64,000 nt of DNA from Perna viridis (taxonomy: Eukaryota), in the NCBI GenBank assembly GCA_037379345.1, contig CM074518.1, positions 23,932,001 through 23,996,000 of the forward strand, written 5' to 3'. The position numbers and the translations under genes were made by a program. Numbering within the stretch: the stretch's first letter is position 1; each line of letters opens with the position of its first letter. Below are positions 1-14,464 of this stretch, piece after piece. The notes below the pieces were generated by a model. It did not search any database, was not told the DNA's origin, and saw nothing but the letters and a program-made list of their open reading frames with translations.

Positions 1-3000
1 TGCAATGGTTGAACCCTTAACAATTCCGGGGCGAATATGGACACACCATTTGAACTTGACACAGCTACGAAATTTGATTACGATTAGATATTTAACACAG
101 GATAAAAGTTTGACCAAAACCAATTTGGTCACTTTTTTGCCATTATTCCAAAATGGTTCCAGTAAAAACCTGTAAAAATCAATCCCAAATTCCTGTGGAA
201 AATGGCACCTTGTGGTATAATTTCAAAGTGATCCATTTATTTTCACTAAAGTTATTGTGAAGAAATCATTAAAAAAATTTTTTTTTTCATGGCCCATTTG
301 TGTCTCCTTGTTCTTACTTGGCTCAAGTCACAATCACAAAATCTGTCCCAGGCTTTTTTTTTGTGGTATGACACCTTGTAGTAAATTGTAGTAAAACTTA
401 TATGAGATCTGTTGACTTTTATTCCAGTTACTATTATAACATAAGGAAAATGCTTGATTCAGGCCATTAATTCCTACGAGATTCAAGTCTAAACCTACTC
501 TTCTTTTGGTGATACATTGTGCATGTATATTACCTTGAAATACAATTTCAAAGAGATTAATTTCCTAATAGTCAGTTGAAAATTCTTGAAGTATCAAGTA
601 TAATTCTTTTATATCTTCTTTATCACTATCATAGTAAGAGTTGTCTCAGCAATAGTCTGTTTGTCCGTTTGAAATAAAAATATACTTCCTTTACTATTCC
701 ACTATTGCTGTTGTCAAGAACGTAACCCGCCTCGGAAAAAAATATCTCTGATTATATAATCAAAATGTAGGTAGGAATGGCAGTCATTATCGTTCTTTTT
801 TTTTTAAATTTGCAGTGTCGTCTGAATTTTGTTAACGTCACATGATATATGTAAAATTTTCCCACCATCCGTGGAGAACTGTAATATATCCGGTATCGGT
901 GCAGATTGATTGGAAAGGTCAAGGCTGAAATGGATGTTGCTAGAGATGCTCTTAAGGGATGACAAATGTAAAATATTGCGAAGTGCTTTAAAGTTATTGA
1001 CCATTTTGAGAGGGAGGGGAAAGGGGTATGCTCATGGGTCTGAAAATCAGGGGAAAACATTGTTCAAGTTATTCATTTATTGAAAAAAAAACCTCTCACA
1101 TTAATAAAGAAGACAGATTTTCAAAAAGAAATATTGATTTTGCTTGCTGCTTAAATATAAATAAAAATATTGCACTTGCGAATCAAACATTTTCATTCGG
1201 GTTGACACTCCCCTGTGTTATGCACTAATTTTTACGAGTTTCGCATAGACAGTACATGTATGGCATTGCTTGCTAATTTAGGCAATGCCTACCCTATATT
1301 ATTCTATAATGGATAAAAAAAAAAACACTAGTTAAGCGATCCCCTAAACAGGAGTTTTAGCCTAATTTGTAGTATTTTGTACTAAAGACATGACTACATG
1401 AAAGTAAATGTCCTCCATACATTATGTGTCCATACGACAATCATACGACAGAGAATAAAAACATACTTTTTAATCGTTTATTAATAAAATTATATACATA
1501 TTTACGACTGAAACCTTAACAGTTCTGTTTTAAAACTTAATAAAATAAAGTAAATTAGTTGCCCCAAAAGGCGTGGTAAATATGGCCGATGATGGGGCAT
1601 AAAACCATTTGAACATTTAAATGATCGAGAATTGTTGAATTATCACAACTGATTGCGTTGAAAAACTGACGAAACGTTTAAATCAAAGTCAATTGTAAAT
1701 AAAAAGTAGATGAATGCCCGCATAGACTCATCGATTTTAAATAATCAAGCATTTTGTTTCTGTGTTTACACCCTTGGCGTCGCCGAACAACAGCCATACG
1801 TAACCGGATGTCATACGTCCTTAGAAAATGACATTAAATAAGATGAATGTTCTTTTTTCCAATCAAGGGTATGTTCAAAATTTAGAAGTGTAATCTTAAC
1901 TTCAATGTAAAATTGAAAATAGTTAACAATACATTTTAGAGCGGAGGGATACATCAATCTACTTTCGATTTGGCCAGATCTAGTTGTACAGTATGCAAAC
2001 AGCATTTTCTGATGAAAACGACTGTCATCATAAATACTTTTTAGTTTCGGTTATGCAAAAAATATTTTTGTGGTGAAATGTTGTCGGCACTGACCAGATC
2101 GATTGGGAATCACCCGAGATTTTAGATTGTTTTTACACTGCCCACAAGGATTTATAAAATGGCGGCTTCTATCATGTTGACTCGAAAGTGAAAGTAACCA
2201 TGAAGGTCGTGAAATACAGGTATTCGTTATATGTAAGAGGTAACTTGCACTAGATATAGGTGTAATGAGTTACTGGGGTAACAATTTGGTATCATTTAAA
2301 AGTATACGGTAGTGACCTAACTTATTTTTAATTCTCAAAATAACTACATTTTTTCCATAGTTACACTATTTGTGATAAGTGGCACATACAACATAACGTT
2401 AAAAATATGAAAATATTTTTCTTGGCCAAGTTTCAAGTCTTTTTATGGTGTAATAACGAAGAATTTAACAATTGACATTTTCCTTTAATGGAACCTTAAA
2501 CAAACCGATTCATCGTAACTAAGTGTTACTGAAATCCCCAGAGCTGTTCGTATTTACCTGTTGAAAAATAAATTAGTAAAAAAAAAAGAATAAGTGTAAC
2601 AGTTTATTATCGTTGTTCTCTCTGATTACGTTTTGACATTATACAAAGAAAACGAAATAATATCTAGCTAATGTACTAGAGCAAGACGGGATATTATGAA
2701 TCTAAAATCTTATGGCTGAAAGATTGGGAAAGTGCAGATACCCGAATGTAAGATTTGGTCGTTCTGTAAGGAATCTCAGCCCAGTCAGAGAACTATTTTA
2801 CCTTTACCAAAGGTGTATAATATTTCCAAATCTTCCACGAGAAAAGCTAGCGTTTGTTTTGAAATAAAATTGTCTATATTTAGCTGCTGATCATGACGTA
2901 TCAATCTGACCAGTGATACGTCACGACCAGGTATAAAATGTGGGTTACACTAACTATCAATTATTCTCCATTATTAAAAAAAATTCAAACACACATCAGT

Positions 3001-4952
3001 AAGATATGATTGTTATCTAACTCAAAATTAAATAACAACAATTGTATTTTTTTACAGGAAAGCGCGGGTTATAGCAGTGTTTCAACCCATGCGTCCGAAA
3101 AGAAAATCTCACACAGCTAGAAATAAGTGAAAAAAGCATATAATGATATAACATATAATAATATATAATATAATAAATATTAATAAATGGAAACCCATCT
3201 AACTGCATTGTTTAAGAAAGCATATGTAGCAACAGTTGAATATGTTCTCACGAATGAAAACAGTCAATATAGTATATACCTTTAATAATACATGTAAATG
3301 TACTGATAGTACTTTATAAAAATGTCAAAATATCTAATTGTACAAACTTTATTTGGTATAAAGTAACAACAATCCAAAAATAGTATACAGCTTCCAATTA
3401 TGATAGAAAGACAGATAACTTGCGTTAAAATATAAATATTATAAAACATCGAGGAAAGAGTGAGAGCAACATTTTTTTAAACATTTCAAACGAAAGAGAT
3501 GGACAATATGCATACATAATTTCGGCAAAAGCTGGCATATGGTTACGGAAACATGTCAACAAAAGTTTATGTCAGTACCTAAAGTTTAGCTTAAATGGGT
3601 TTGTAAGTTTACATTTAATGCAAAGAGGTTCGTTAAAACATCAGTCAAGGTAACAGAAACGCCTATGTTAAATCAAGATGTGTGGGGAAAAACCATCTAC
3701 AAAATGTCTTTAACCAAGTTGCTTACTGTTTGCTAATCAACTCCTGAATAACTTTTGTTTTCCGTATATTTTTATATTTATTTTATTTCAGAGCGATGCT
3801 GTACATATATACATACAATCTATCTTCAAATCGGCCGACTAGCATTTTAGCATTTACACAACAGCCTTATCAAACTTTTTTACTTCACATTTATAGAAAC
3901 AGAAAAAAATAGAAAAAAGTATTTAATATACGCTAATATAGTATGCTTTATGGTTTTGATAAAGAAAAAAATCATTTTTCAATTATTTCTTACTGTACTA
4001 ACAAACTGTCTGAAGCAGTGGCCTGTCCTTTAGATATAGATGATATAGATGCACATATGGTAAAATGGAAAACAAAAGATGAATATAAGTCTTCAAGCAG
4101 TTGTTTTATGTAAGACTGGTTTACTTTTATGACTATAGAATCCCACAATGGAAAGTAGATGAATTTTATTGACGCAATTCGTTTTAACTATTCCTGTACA
4201 AAGAAATCAAAGAATAGTAAAGACACCTCTTTACAATTATATAATATATGTTGCCACCGTTACATACTTTTCAACTAGTTTTCATTTTGAAGATGCTATA
4301 TAGATTTGCAAACAAATGCACCACAGTCGAGTAGATATACTCAAATCTATCCGCTCCTTTGTAATAAAAAAATGATCTCTTACTTAGTTAATTAAATCAC
4401 ATTAGAGCATGCGTAAATTATACCCTTGGCTGACTCAGAATACATTATATTGTATAAACACATATATAAAATTCTTAAATACTTTGTTTCATTTATGAAA
4501 TGTCAGAATGGGTGATGCAAACAAACTAACAAGTACTCATCCACCATCACAAAGCAGTATAAATGTATGAATTTATTTAAACGAGGGAACAGAGCGTTCA
4601 ATATGATAATCATGAACTTTCCCTTTCAAAACTGTTTTGCATTTAATGTTTTATTTATTTATTTTTTGTTGGTTAGAGTAATTTATCTATGACATTTAAT
4701 TCGTCAGTATTGATGTGATTTTATTCTTCATGATCGGACTAAGTGTGCTTCCATGTTGTTGATAGTTTTGCTTTTCCCTTTACTTTTAGTGCATTGAAAA
4801 TAAACAATTCATAAAATAAACATACTGATCATATACTGAACTATTTTGAAAAGAAAAACTATACTTAATCAAATTCGATATTGACGTTTTATCTGTACAG
4901 GTGACCATAGCGATTATATTGCAATCGTGATTGTTTGTTTGTGTTCAAAGTG

Positions 4953-6511
4953 AAAGAGTAATGAAGGGAACCAAGGTTATAGCGGTAATCAAAAGAATGT
5001 AAACCAGGGACAAAGACCAGACATGGAAAACAGACACACACAACAAAGAACATAAAGTAACTAAAATCATACATACAAAGTAACAAAAGTAAATGAGCAA
5101 CTCGGACTCAACTACAAACTGGGAGCATGGACCACGTGCACCGGTAGGCGTCCTCTGCTTTTCTAGAAACACCCGCCGAGTTGCTCATAAAAAGTCAAGT
5201 CCGGGATAGACAAACGCAGAAAGGAAAACTATGACCCGCTGAATGAATCAGTTTTCATGGTGCTGATGGATACATCATAACGATCCACGAGTTCATGATG
5301 ACGACCATAAAACTTCTGTAGTAATGACTTCAATCTTGTAACAACATAATCATGTTCAAGAAGCCTATTTGTTAGACTTCTAGCACGATACAAAAAGTCT
5401 GCGTAGTTTCGGCAAGCTCTGGCATAACGTATGAGTTGTGATATAAACACTCTAAACGCAGGAGCCGAAGGGATGTTGCCCCAGATGAAAGGAAAGTTGA
5501 CAATTCTGAATGAAAAGTCATCACGTTTGTCGTAAAGTTTGGTCAATAGTTTTCCTTTACCATCGTTTTCTAAGTGTAGGTCAAGATATGAGGCTGACTT
5601 CACAGTGTCTGTAGTATCCTTTATCTCAAGTTCTTTTGGGTAGATGCGATTTATCAAACCCCCGAAATTAGGATTGTTTAAAGATAATACGTCATCTATA
5701 TAGCGGAAACTGAGATTGAAGGATCTAGCCAAACGATATCTAGCCAAACGATATTCTTTCTTTCTGATCAAATCAGCTATAAAGTCAGCCTCATAAGAGT
5801 GTAGAAATGGTCAGCAAGTAAAGGATCACAATTTGTTCCCATTGGAATGCCGACGATTTGTTGAAAAACACGTCCACCACACTGGACAAGTATGTTGTCG
5901 ATTAAAAATTCCAGCATTTTGTAAACATCTTCCTCTGTATATTTGGAAGATGATTTGGAATTGTTTCTTACAAAGTATGAGGAATTTCTACCAGGAACTA
6001 TATATTTGTATCTAGGTGTACCATCTTTTTTGGAAAAACAACGATGTATAATGTTTTTAAGTCGGGATTTTAACTGAGTATGGGGATTAGAAGTAGGTTT
6101 TAATGCTATTATATTCAGATAATAGTCTTGAACTGATTGTCTCCAAAAGATCTTTCGAATTTTTCAGGATCCACATTGAATTAATACCACTACGGGAGTA
6201 ACAAGTGTTGTGGTCGGACTGCATACCCTCTTTGACAGTTGTGAGTATAGAAGTTAAAAGTTTTGAAAGAGGTTTGGTGGTACATTTTGCAGATCCAGCT
6301 ATGAAACGTTGTTTGTATGGATTCTTGTGAAGTTTAGAAATCCAGTACATAGAGGGTAAATCACAATCATCGTCCTTGGTAGAGAGACCAAAAGAGGATA
6401 GCACAGATTTATGTTTTTCCACAATCTCTTCTTTGGAGAGAGTGGTAGCAGTATAGATCTTATCACTGCTATTATTTTCTACGTCAACCTCTGATAACAA
6501 ACATTTGATAA
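4953..6511 (-). mobile_element. 5'-truncated, frameshifted Penelope-like retroelement (Naiad-type, RT at the C-terminus) with 3' UTR
   Basis: ORFs 6087-6500 (LPSMYWISKLHKNPYKQRFIAGS) and 5229-5771 (FRYIDDVL, YDKRDDFSFRIVNFPF..NIPSAPAF..ISQLIRYARAC). GIPMGTNC lies in another frame between them. The RT ends at a stop with no C-terminal GIY-YIG domain, as in N-terminal-EN PLEs. Confidence 0.9.
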
Positions 6512-9499
6512 GTCCGCACTGTCAGTATTATACAAACACGTGTATTCAAAACATGCTACGGAATGAATGTCATATGTATGTCTAAGCAAGAGTTGTGTTA
6601 CATGTATTGTGGTGTTAAATGTCCAGAGCATAAAACAAATATCTTTGTGAACATCTGATTTGAAAAAAGCAATCATTGAAAATGTTTATATCAAAATATG
6701 TCATTGATGTAAGTTTTTTTCTTTCTATTGGAAAGTTTTCAGGGAGTTGTCTCCTAATGTATTCAACAGGGAAGATATAAACCTTATTTGCCACTTCATT
6801 GGAGACGGATGTACGCAGTTGACAAAAAGTTGACTTACTGACAACAATTATCACGGGAGGACCTCTAGGCACAAACATTAGTTTAAACCTGTCATAACAA
6901 ACACTACATTTAGGATCTTTAACACAAATAATTACACATGACAATTGAGAATGTGTATGTACATCCATGCACCTCATGAACGGTGCAGCAACGTAAGTTT
7001 TGATATACATCTGGATAATTTATAGCTTTTTGGGCCTATGTTCAAAAAGGTGTACACCAAATACGAACGAAATATTGAGATTTTTACATTATATACAAGA
7101 AACTAGAACGACAATATTTAATTCACAGAAAACGTTTTAATACTGAAAACACATTTTGAATAAAAACTTTACAATATCGAATACATGTAGGTTATGTTTG
7201 TTATGTGTACATTGTGCATGTACATGGAGATACTTCTCCGGACAGTAAAAACAGCGTTGAATAAACTTTGTTGGATAAGACTGTTCTTAATCATGTTATT
7301 AGATGAAAAACTTGAGCCTTTTTTTCACAAGCAAACGATGCAAATGGCTTTTGATTTTCCAACATTCAAAATAAGAATCTTAATATTAAAGGAGGTCGCT
7401 ATGAAAAAATGTGCCTAGTCCTTATGACATGATTTTATATGGAACTAAGCTTGATGCTGTAAAGGGCTATGTGGTTAGTGTTTGCCGCGTTAATGTCATC
7501 AGACAGCTTAACATGAATAATAAAATCATAAGCAAAAAGTCTTAGCAGATTTAAGACAACAACTACAAAGGTAAGGGTATATGTACAGGTTAAAACATTG
7601 CTTAAGAAGACTAATGAAATGCCATAGTTCCTGTAAAATAACATTAAAGACACGAGTGAATTTACTAGTTATTCCCATTTTATGTCTCTTCCTATTTTAA
7701 ACATTTTACATATTTGCACAGTATGAAATGATAAATGCTTCGTTTCGTAACACAAGAAAAGAAAATAAAAAATAAATAAAAAGCACCATATACTTGAGCT
7801 ATGTATTCCTTAGTTCAGTAACAATTTTTATATATACAAAAAAATACCATTTATCAATGGATGTTTGATATGAGACGAAGCTTATGCTTTTCAAATGTTT
7901 TTCATAATACATTTAAAATAATGACAAGAAAGAAGGAGTATCAGACAAACAATCAAATCGTATAAAAAAAATATGGATCTTACGGTAGATCAAACCTATC
8001 ACACGGGGAATTCTGTTTCTGTCATCTTGCAAAATAATACGAAAGTATGTATTTGAAATGAGCAAATAGTGATTGAAAATACGCAAAAAAGTGTTTAAAT
8101 TATTCGAAAAGATTATTTTGTCATAAACTTATATATGGTAAAATTACAAACATTAATTTTATAAACCCTCTCATAAGGAAAATGTTCCATAGAATGTTAT
8201 TGAAATTTCGTTTTTTTTTTTAAATATTTCATTGAAAAAGTTGGATGGCCCCAATTTTATCTTAAGTTCATGAAATAATGTCAGATAAGTGTATACACAT
8301 TTTTCAGAAAATTTTATCAACTAGTTTTTTTAATAGTTAGCGAAACTGGAAATTCTCTATGTAATCTATAAAATATTTTAAAAATATCTTCTACATGTAG
8401 GCTCAGTTATCTCGTAATTTACTTCGGTGACCTATATTTGTATTCTTAAACTTTTACAATATGTTCGTTATGATGTTTGCGATTAATATATTTATTGTGG
8501 GTGACGGTTAAAAGTCTTTAAAGTATAACTAAAGAAATTAATATAGAAGAGCAAACATGTACATGTATAAAAAAAAATAAATCTGAAGTGAATTAAATAG
8601 TTGCAACTGAACTAGCAAACTATTACAAACCAACTAAAATTATATCACACGATAGGAAAAAAATGCATGAGAGTAAGAAAAGCATTAAACTAAATGTTCT
8701 TTTAAACACACACAAAGCATTGTACCATTGATTCCTTTTTACATGTACGTGAACATAAAACAATTTAAAAAAGTTAGAAAAAAAATAAAGGAATTGAACT
8801 ATGCATACGCTAATAGCTAAAATTAAACCAACCTTTCTCCAGGCTCTGCGTCTGAGAGAATTTTTAACAATTTGTGACATAGAAGTGGAAAATATTATCA
8901 CACTTAAGCATTTAAAGTTTTGTCGCTCTGAGGCCAGTAATGAACAGTTTACGGGAACAAAATTAGAATTTTCAGCTTTAATGTAAAGAAAAAAGTATTT
9001 ATAAACCACTCCATCTTTATATTTCCCATCCTGTCACAAAATTAAAAAACTTATACCAAAAATTATTTTCGAAATATTGTGGATTATAATGGTTGGGTCA
9101 GTATATATGATTCTCATTATGCTATATCGTACAGCTATTTTGACCTTAACCATGGAACAAAGGTTTGCAAATTTAGTAATTGTTTAGTTCAGCTTATACT
9201 CACTTTGTCTCCTAAAAAACTCTTTCGAATTGATCAAAACCGCAAAAACAAACATATTTAACATCAAAGTCAAAATCTGATAAATGCATGATCTTAAGTC
9301 GATAGCTGCTTCTGTCGCCTTTTTCTTTTATCTCTATTGAATATTTGTCATGATTGAGTATACCTCTAACGAGCGAAATGACGTTATTGTTTGGGCCACC
9401 GATCCATTTTTGAGAACCAATGGATCACCAATTGTGAGGGGTGTTTACACCATAATTCGTAACATCATAGAACAGGGTGGAATAGCAAATGCAACTAAA

Positions 9500-10500
9500 C
9501 ATGAACCTTATCGACTTTAAGAAAGTATTTGACAGTGTACACAAGAAACATTGTTGAAAATAGAAAGATCATATGAAATACCAATGAAGATATGTAAACT
9601 TATGAGAGCATTCTACTCAAACTTTGAGTGTAGTGTCATTTGGAAAAAAGAAATTATCAGATTAATTCAGTTTTAAATTAGACAAAGATGTATACTATCA
9701 CCTATTATTTTTAACAGTCATTATGTGGATGTAAAGACAAACAAAACGTGACACCAAGAGAGGTATTAAATGGATAATGTTCAGGCATCTAGACGATCAG
9801 GACTTTGCAAACAACCTTACAGATGTCTAAGAGAACATATCACATTTACCAGAAATATTGATAAACTTAATATCCTTTCTAAGCAAACTGGTCTTAACAT
9901 CAGTACGAAGACGACTAAGGAAACGACAATCAAAACGCCAACAAAACCTGTCGTCCTCGAGAGTCGCATGCTACCTATGAAGCATTCTAAGTAAGGATAA
10001 TGGAACTGGAAAAGATATAAAAGCAAGACTCAATGAAACACGCTCAGCATTCGCTTAACATCAGGCCATTTTCAAGTCCAACAATTTAAATTTGAGGAGT
10101 AAACTCCAACTTTACAAAAGTAAAGTTAAAGCAGTCCTTCTGTATGGGTCCAAATACGGGCGTGATTGACAGTGACATGAGGCCATATATTATCAGCAAT
10201 GAAGACCTTCTTCCGACATGCAAAAACATAGTGTATTGAATTGGAAATCAAACGCAGAACGAGATCGCTTGGGCATGAAATGATGATGTCCAAAAACAAA
10301 ACACTCAAAATAGTTTTGCATTACACATCGCCTGGAAAAAGAAAGAGTGGTAGACTACGCACCATCGAGCGAAGAACTATAACATCTTAGATAAAAGAAA
10401 TAGTCTACTAATTGTGTCAAGTACAGTTTGTGGCAAAAGACAGAGGTAGATGTCGGCTACCTGTTGACGCCATAAATCCCATCCGGGTCGAAGAGAATAA
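9500..10500 (+). mobile_element. Degenerate RTE-type LINE fragment (RT and 3' end)
   Basis: Broken frames read LIDFKKVFDSV...SYEIPMKICKLMRAFY, RQRCILSP and GLNISTKTTK; many stops and frameshifts. Confidence 0.65.
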
Positions 10501-10544
10501 AATCAGCTCTTGAATGATATAAACTCTCCATTTAAACTATGTAC

Positions 10545-10635
10545 AATTCCCAATTTTCCATTCCCCATTGATAATTCCTCATTCCCGCATGAATAATCCT
10601 CACTTCCCATACACTTTCCCCATCCCTACACCATT
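10545..10635 (+). repeat. Degenerate C/T-rich tandem repeat (attccc-like units)
   Basis: Recurrent caattccc / cattcccc / cacttccc / cattccct units. Confidence 0.5.
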
Positions 10636-11013
10636 TCTCATTCCCTATCCTTCAGTATACCAACAAAAAAACAATAATTGTATAAATTGCGTTCATTTTG
10701 TGCTGTGTTTGGTTATATTTCTTTTGGATTAGTTTTGTTTTGTTTTGTTTGTTATTGTTGTGATGTCATACAGTAATGCATGAAATGTCATATATTTTTC
10801 TGTTAATTTCTTACCCAATCTTAATCAGCCATGAACTTGTCTATGTAAGTTTGGAATGTAACGTAATATTAATACCTGACAATAGCAGAATAAAAAATAA
10901 GAGGTATGAATACTGAATGTACAATTTGATGATAACGATCGCAAACTCAGCGAATGACTTGTTTGTAAAGTTTTACACTAATATTCAAAGCTTAGAATTT
11001 GTTAGATACTATT

Positions 11014-11506
11014 GCCCCGTGCAGGTCCAAGTGTTAAAAGAATAGGCCTGCAGCAGCGCTAAGCTTGTCGTAAAAGGCGACTAAATAGTGCTCAGAACCC
11101 TAGCCGGGGGCTAGGGTGCTCTGCCCACAGAGCAACTGGGATGTGTGCCCCGGGTTGTTGAATGGGGTACCCCTGGCGTGTTACATGCTGGGGTTGTCAG
11201 GCTATAATACGGAAAACCTGGCCGCAAACCATAGTGGTGCACCGTGTTGGGAAAGATGCCACGTTCCTCGCACGTTAAAGAACCCCACTGTGGTATTCTC
11301 CCGGAGTAGGAACCATAGGGCTCCGCCACAGGAGGCTAAATTGCCCGACCCTACCCACCTCTCCCTATTTCCAGTGGAAATCAAAATTTGCGACCCCATT
11401 GTCCTTGTGTCCCATCCCATTTTCAGTTCATCATCATCATTTCATGTTCATCGTCTGAATATAGCTGAAATATTGCTGCTCGGACGTTAAACCCCAACAA
11501 ACAAAA
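11014..11506 (+). mobile_element. SINE-like element, about 490 bp (copy A)
   Basis: GC-rich and highly similar to 24451-24958; starts gccccgtgcagg; internal gcacgttaaagaacc; LINE-like tail cggacgttaaaccccaacaaacaaa. Confidence 0.85.
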
Positions 11507-11549
11507 CCGTTTGATTTATGTTTGATTTCAATATACGTATGCATTGTAG

Positions 11550-11897
11550 GCTGTTATTCATTGACATTAACACAGAACCGCAACAACACAGTATGGGCAA
11601 TTTGTATGTTTGCTAACACGTCACTTGCATATAATATGTAGGATCCTAACAGATACTGGATGCGAAAACCAATTGAGTCCAATGCATTGTACGACAGAAA
11701 TGTGCTTGATGAACATTTTGTAGAAATCTCGGTCAAAGGCGGATATAAGTTGTGTATAATCAACCCAAATCAGAGTGACTTAGAGTTTAGATATCTGCTT
11801 AATTATTATTCTTCACTCTTCGAAGGTGTTTTAAAGATTTCAACGTTTGAAGGGGTTTTAACATCGATGGTCGGGATATTTAATAATGAACAAAAAG
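11550..11897 (+). pseudogene. Divergent Ig-like ectodomain exon with an in-frame TAG (11639-11641)
   Basis: ttgtag acceptor, AAAG|gtattt donor, 348 nt, phase 1/1. Reads GCYSLTLTQNRNNTVWAICMFANTSLAYNM*DPNRYWMRK...GGYKLCIINPNQSDLEFRYLL...EQK, with Ig-like C, W and Y-x-L-x-I...D...Y spacing. Confidence 0.6.
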
Positions 11898-12792
11898 GTA
11901 TTTTATTAGATGGTAGCTGTCCTCTTATTGAGATGGACATCAGGATAGAAAAAAAAAGATGTATATTATATAAAGATATTTAACACCAAGTCAATCTGTT
12001 AGTCATGGAGTTTTAACGAAAACACTTTGTGGAATCAACATTACCAATTACTCGACTTGTACTTGAGCATTATAATTTATACATTATATCTTAAAAAAAT
12101 CTCAGTATTTTCAGCATTTTACATACATGTAAAACTGTGGCCTTGTAGAAATAAATCAACAGTTAGTTCCGTTAAAAAAAAAATTGAAATTTCAAACACA
12201 AAATTAGATAAATTAATTTAGATAAACACCGTAATCTGATTGGTTAAAATAATTTTGTTATATCTCAATGGAGTAAAAAAATATCGACACGCCCCTATTC
12301 AGTTAAATTCAGAGCTATTTTTCTCATGTTTAAAGACAAAAAGATTCGTTTTAAAATTAATTGATAAGAATTGGCAAAATTAAAAATTTTGTTTATTGAA
12401 AAATAACATAAATTTTCCATGTGCATATTGTTTATTGTGCGAAATATAAATATATTGAAGTACAAATCAGTGTTAGTATCAGATATTGAAATATTAATGC
12501 ATCATTTGTATACAATATACGGAATTACTACTGACAAAAAAAAACATTGAAACCTGCTCAGGAATACTGTACACTTTTAGTGATATTATAAATAATTATG
12601 CATAAGTTTTACTTAACTTTTATAATGTTTGCATCAACTAACTTCTTAATCTGCTTTCACATCTACAGTAAATTTTGCAAATGAAATCACTTCACGACAA
12701 TCTCAAAAGATTTCTAACGATAGTATACTTCAAATGTACCTAATTATACAATGAACTGTGTATTTCTTTTCTATTAATTTATTTCGACGCAG

Positions 12793-12900
12793 ATATTTCA
12801 GATTGTACAGTAAAAATTGCAGTGATAGCAGTTTCGATGATTTTTAATGCAGTGTTAGTTATTGTCGTTATTTTGTTGTACAAGAGGAGAATTAACAAAA
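12793..12900 (+). CDS. Transmembrane exon of the plus-strand membrane-protein gene
   Basis: cag acceptor, perfect gtaagt donor, 108 nt, phase 1/1. Reads ISDCTVK-IAVIAVSMIFNAVLVIVVILLY-KRRINK: a hydrophobic helix followed by basic stop-transfer residues. Confidence 0.8.
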
Positions 12901-14464
12901 GTAAGTACAAAAATTAGTACTGCCTTGCCCTATACCGATCAAATATGTTAATGCGTCTTTACAATAATTCCATTTTATTTAAATATTGAATAATTGAGCT
13001 GTATAATTAATGTATAGGTATTTTCAGCAGCTCGTTGTTTTATCTAAGAGTAAATATCAAGATCTGCAGGTGTTATTGCACTTTTTGAAATCAGAAATTT
13101 GCATAACAAGATCTCGTTACTTTGACAACGGTCATCCCATTTGTCCTATTTTCCATGTTTGCAGAAACGTTTCAGAAACTGATATTTTGTTTTATTAATT
13201 GATGGGTGTTGATTCTCTAATTATAACTATCTTAAACTATATAGCTCATATCAAAAATAGAAAAAAATAATCGTGATTGTTCAATTTGGTGTAGTTTCTA
13301 AACTTAAAGTTTTGTTGGTTTGTTTGCTTTTTTCGCTTTTTGTTTTTGTGTTCATTTTTGTTTATTTGTTTATTTTATTTTTTTTTGTTTGGTATTTGTT
13401 TGTTTTGTATTTTACAATACTGTTGTATAAATGTTCTATTTTGCCATATGGACTAGCAAAATAGCTTACTTTACGCTCCATGGGAATAATTCATGCACAT
13501 CCAAGAATCGTAGACGTGATGCTTTTCGAAAATACATGGTAAAGTGGATTGATTATTGGAGCACATGAATTATACAACTTCCCTGATATGACGCCATCTT
13601 TTTTTTTCGAAAACGAAAACAAACAAAAGAATTTTGCAATGGGAATAAAGGTACAGTACGCTCAAGATGTTTTTGTACATTTTCGTTTGGTCATATCGAT
13701 TGAAATCATTTCCGTAGGCATTGTTAAAAACGAGATTTGCATTTTTCCATATACACGCGCAAAACCGGAGCGACAAGATGTTGATTATGCGAGGACAATG
13801 AGGTTTACGTCTCCATATGTGACCATTTTGAGCTCATAACATGCATAACTAAAAGAAAAAGTACGTTACAATTCAGACACTGCTTTTATATAGGGGATTC
13901 CTGACATAAAGAAATAAACGAACAAATTGTGCTTCTTTTGTCTTCATTGCTATGCTTATGCTTCTATATTCAGATCTGCATTTTTGAGAAAAACATTCAT
14001 CTATCTCCCGGTAAAATTAACAAAATCAACATATGCAAGGACTCTTGCTACTTGCCAATTTCTTTCAAAAATAATTTATCTTTTATCTCGAAAGTGCAAC
14101 AACCGAATGACAAACCAAGGATGGTTATGTGGTCCAACAAAGACATCCATTCCGTTTGTTTTCTCAAAATTAAAAATTATGTACATGTACATGTATCTTT
14201 TCACAAATAACTAAGATAAATTTATAATTTGATTGTTTGTTGCTTACATCCATGGCAATATTTCTGGGGAAAAAAGATTTTCCACATATCAATTATTAGT
14301 TTTTTCAACAATTGACATTGTTTATCCACAAATGAAAATGGAATTATCTTGTGGAAAGGCGATATAACGTACGTCTTTTTACCAGGAGAACTAAAAATGT
14401 GTTTCCCTTCGCAGATCGATCGTTTTTTTTCATATAAATGTTCATTTTAAAAGCAATCATGCAA

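Noticed and set aside
5093-5771. Selenoprotein-type Naiad (UGA recoding plus SECIS)
   Set aside because: No in-frame TGA at cysteine positions in the visible RT. The ATGA of the hairpin is Watson-Crick paired and does not form a SECIS GA quartet.
11111-11490. ORFs within the SINE copies (also 24518-24915)
   Set aside because: By-products of GC-rich non-coding repeat; the frames overlap on both strands and show no recognisable motifs.
13273-13464. Highly hydrophobic ORF as a membrane protein
   Set aside because: T-rich low-complexity sequence inside the predicted intron, with no supporting splice sites.
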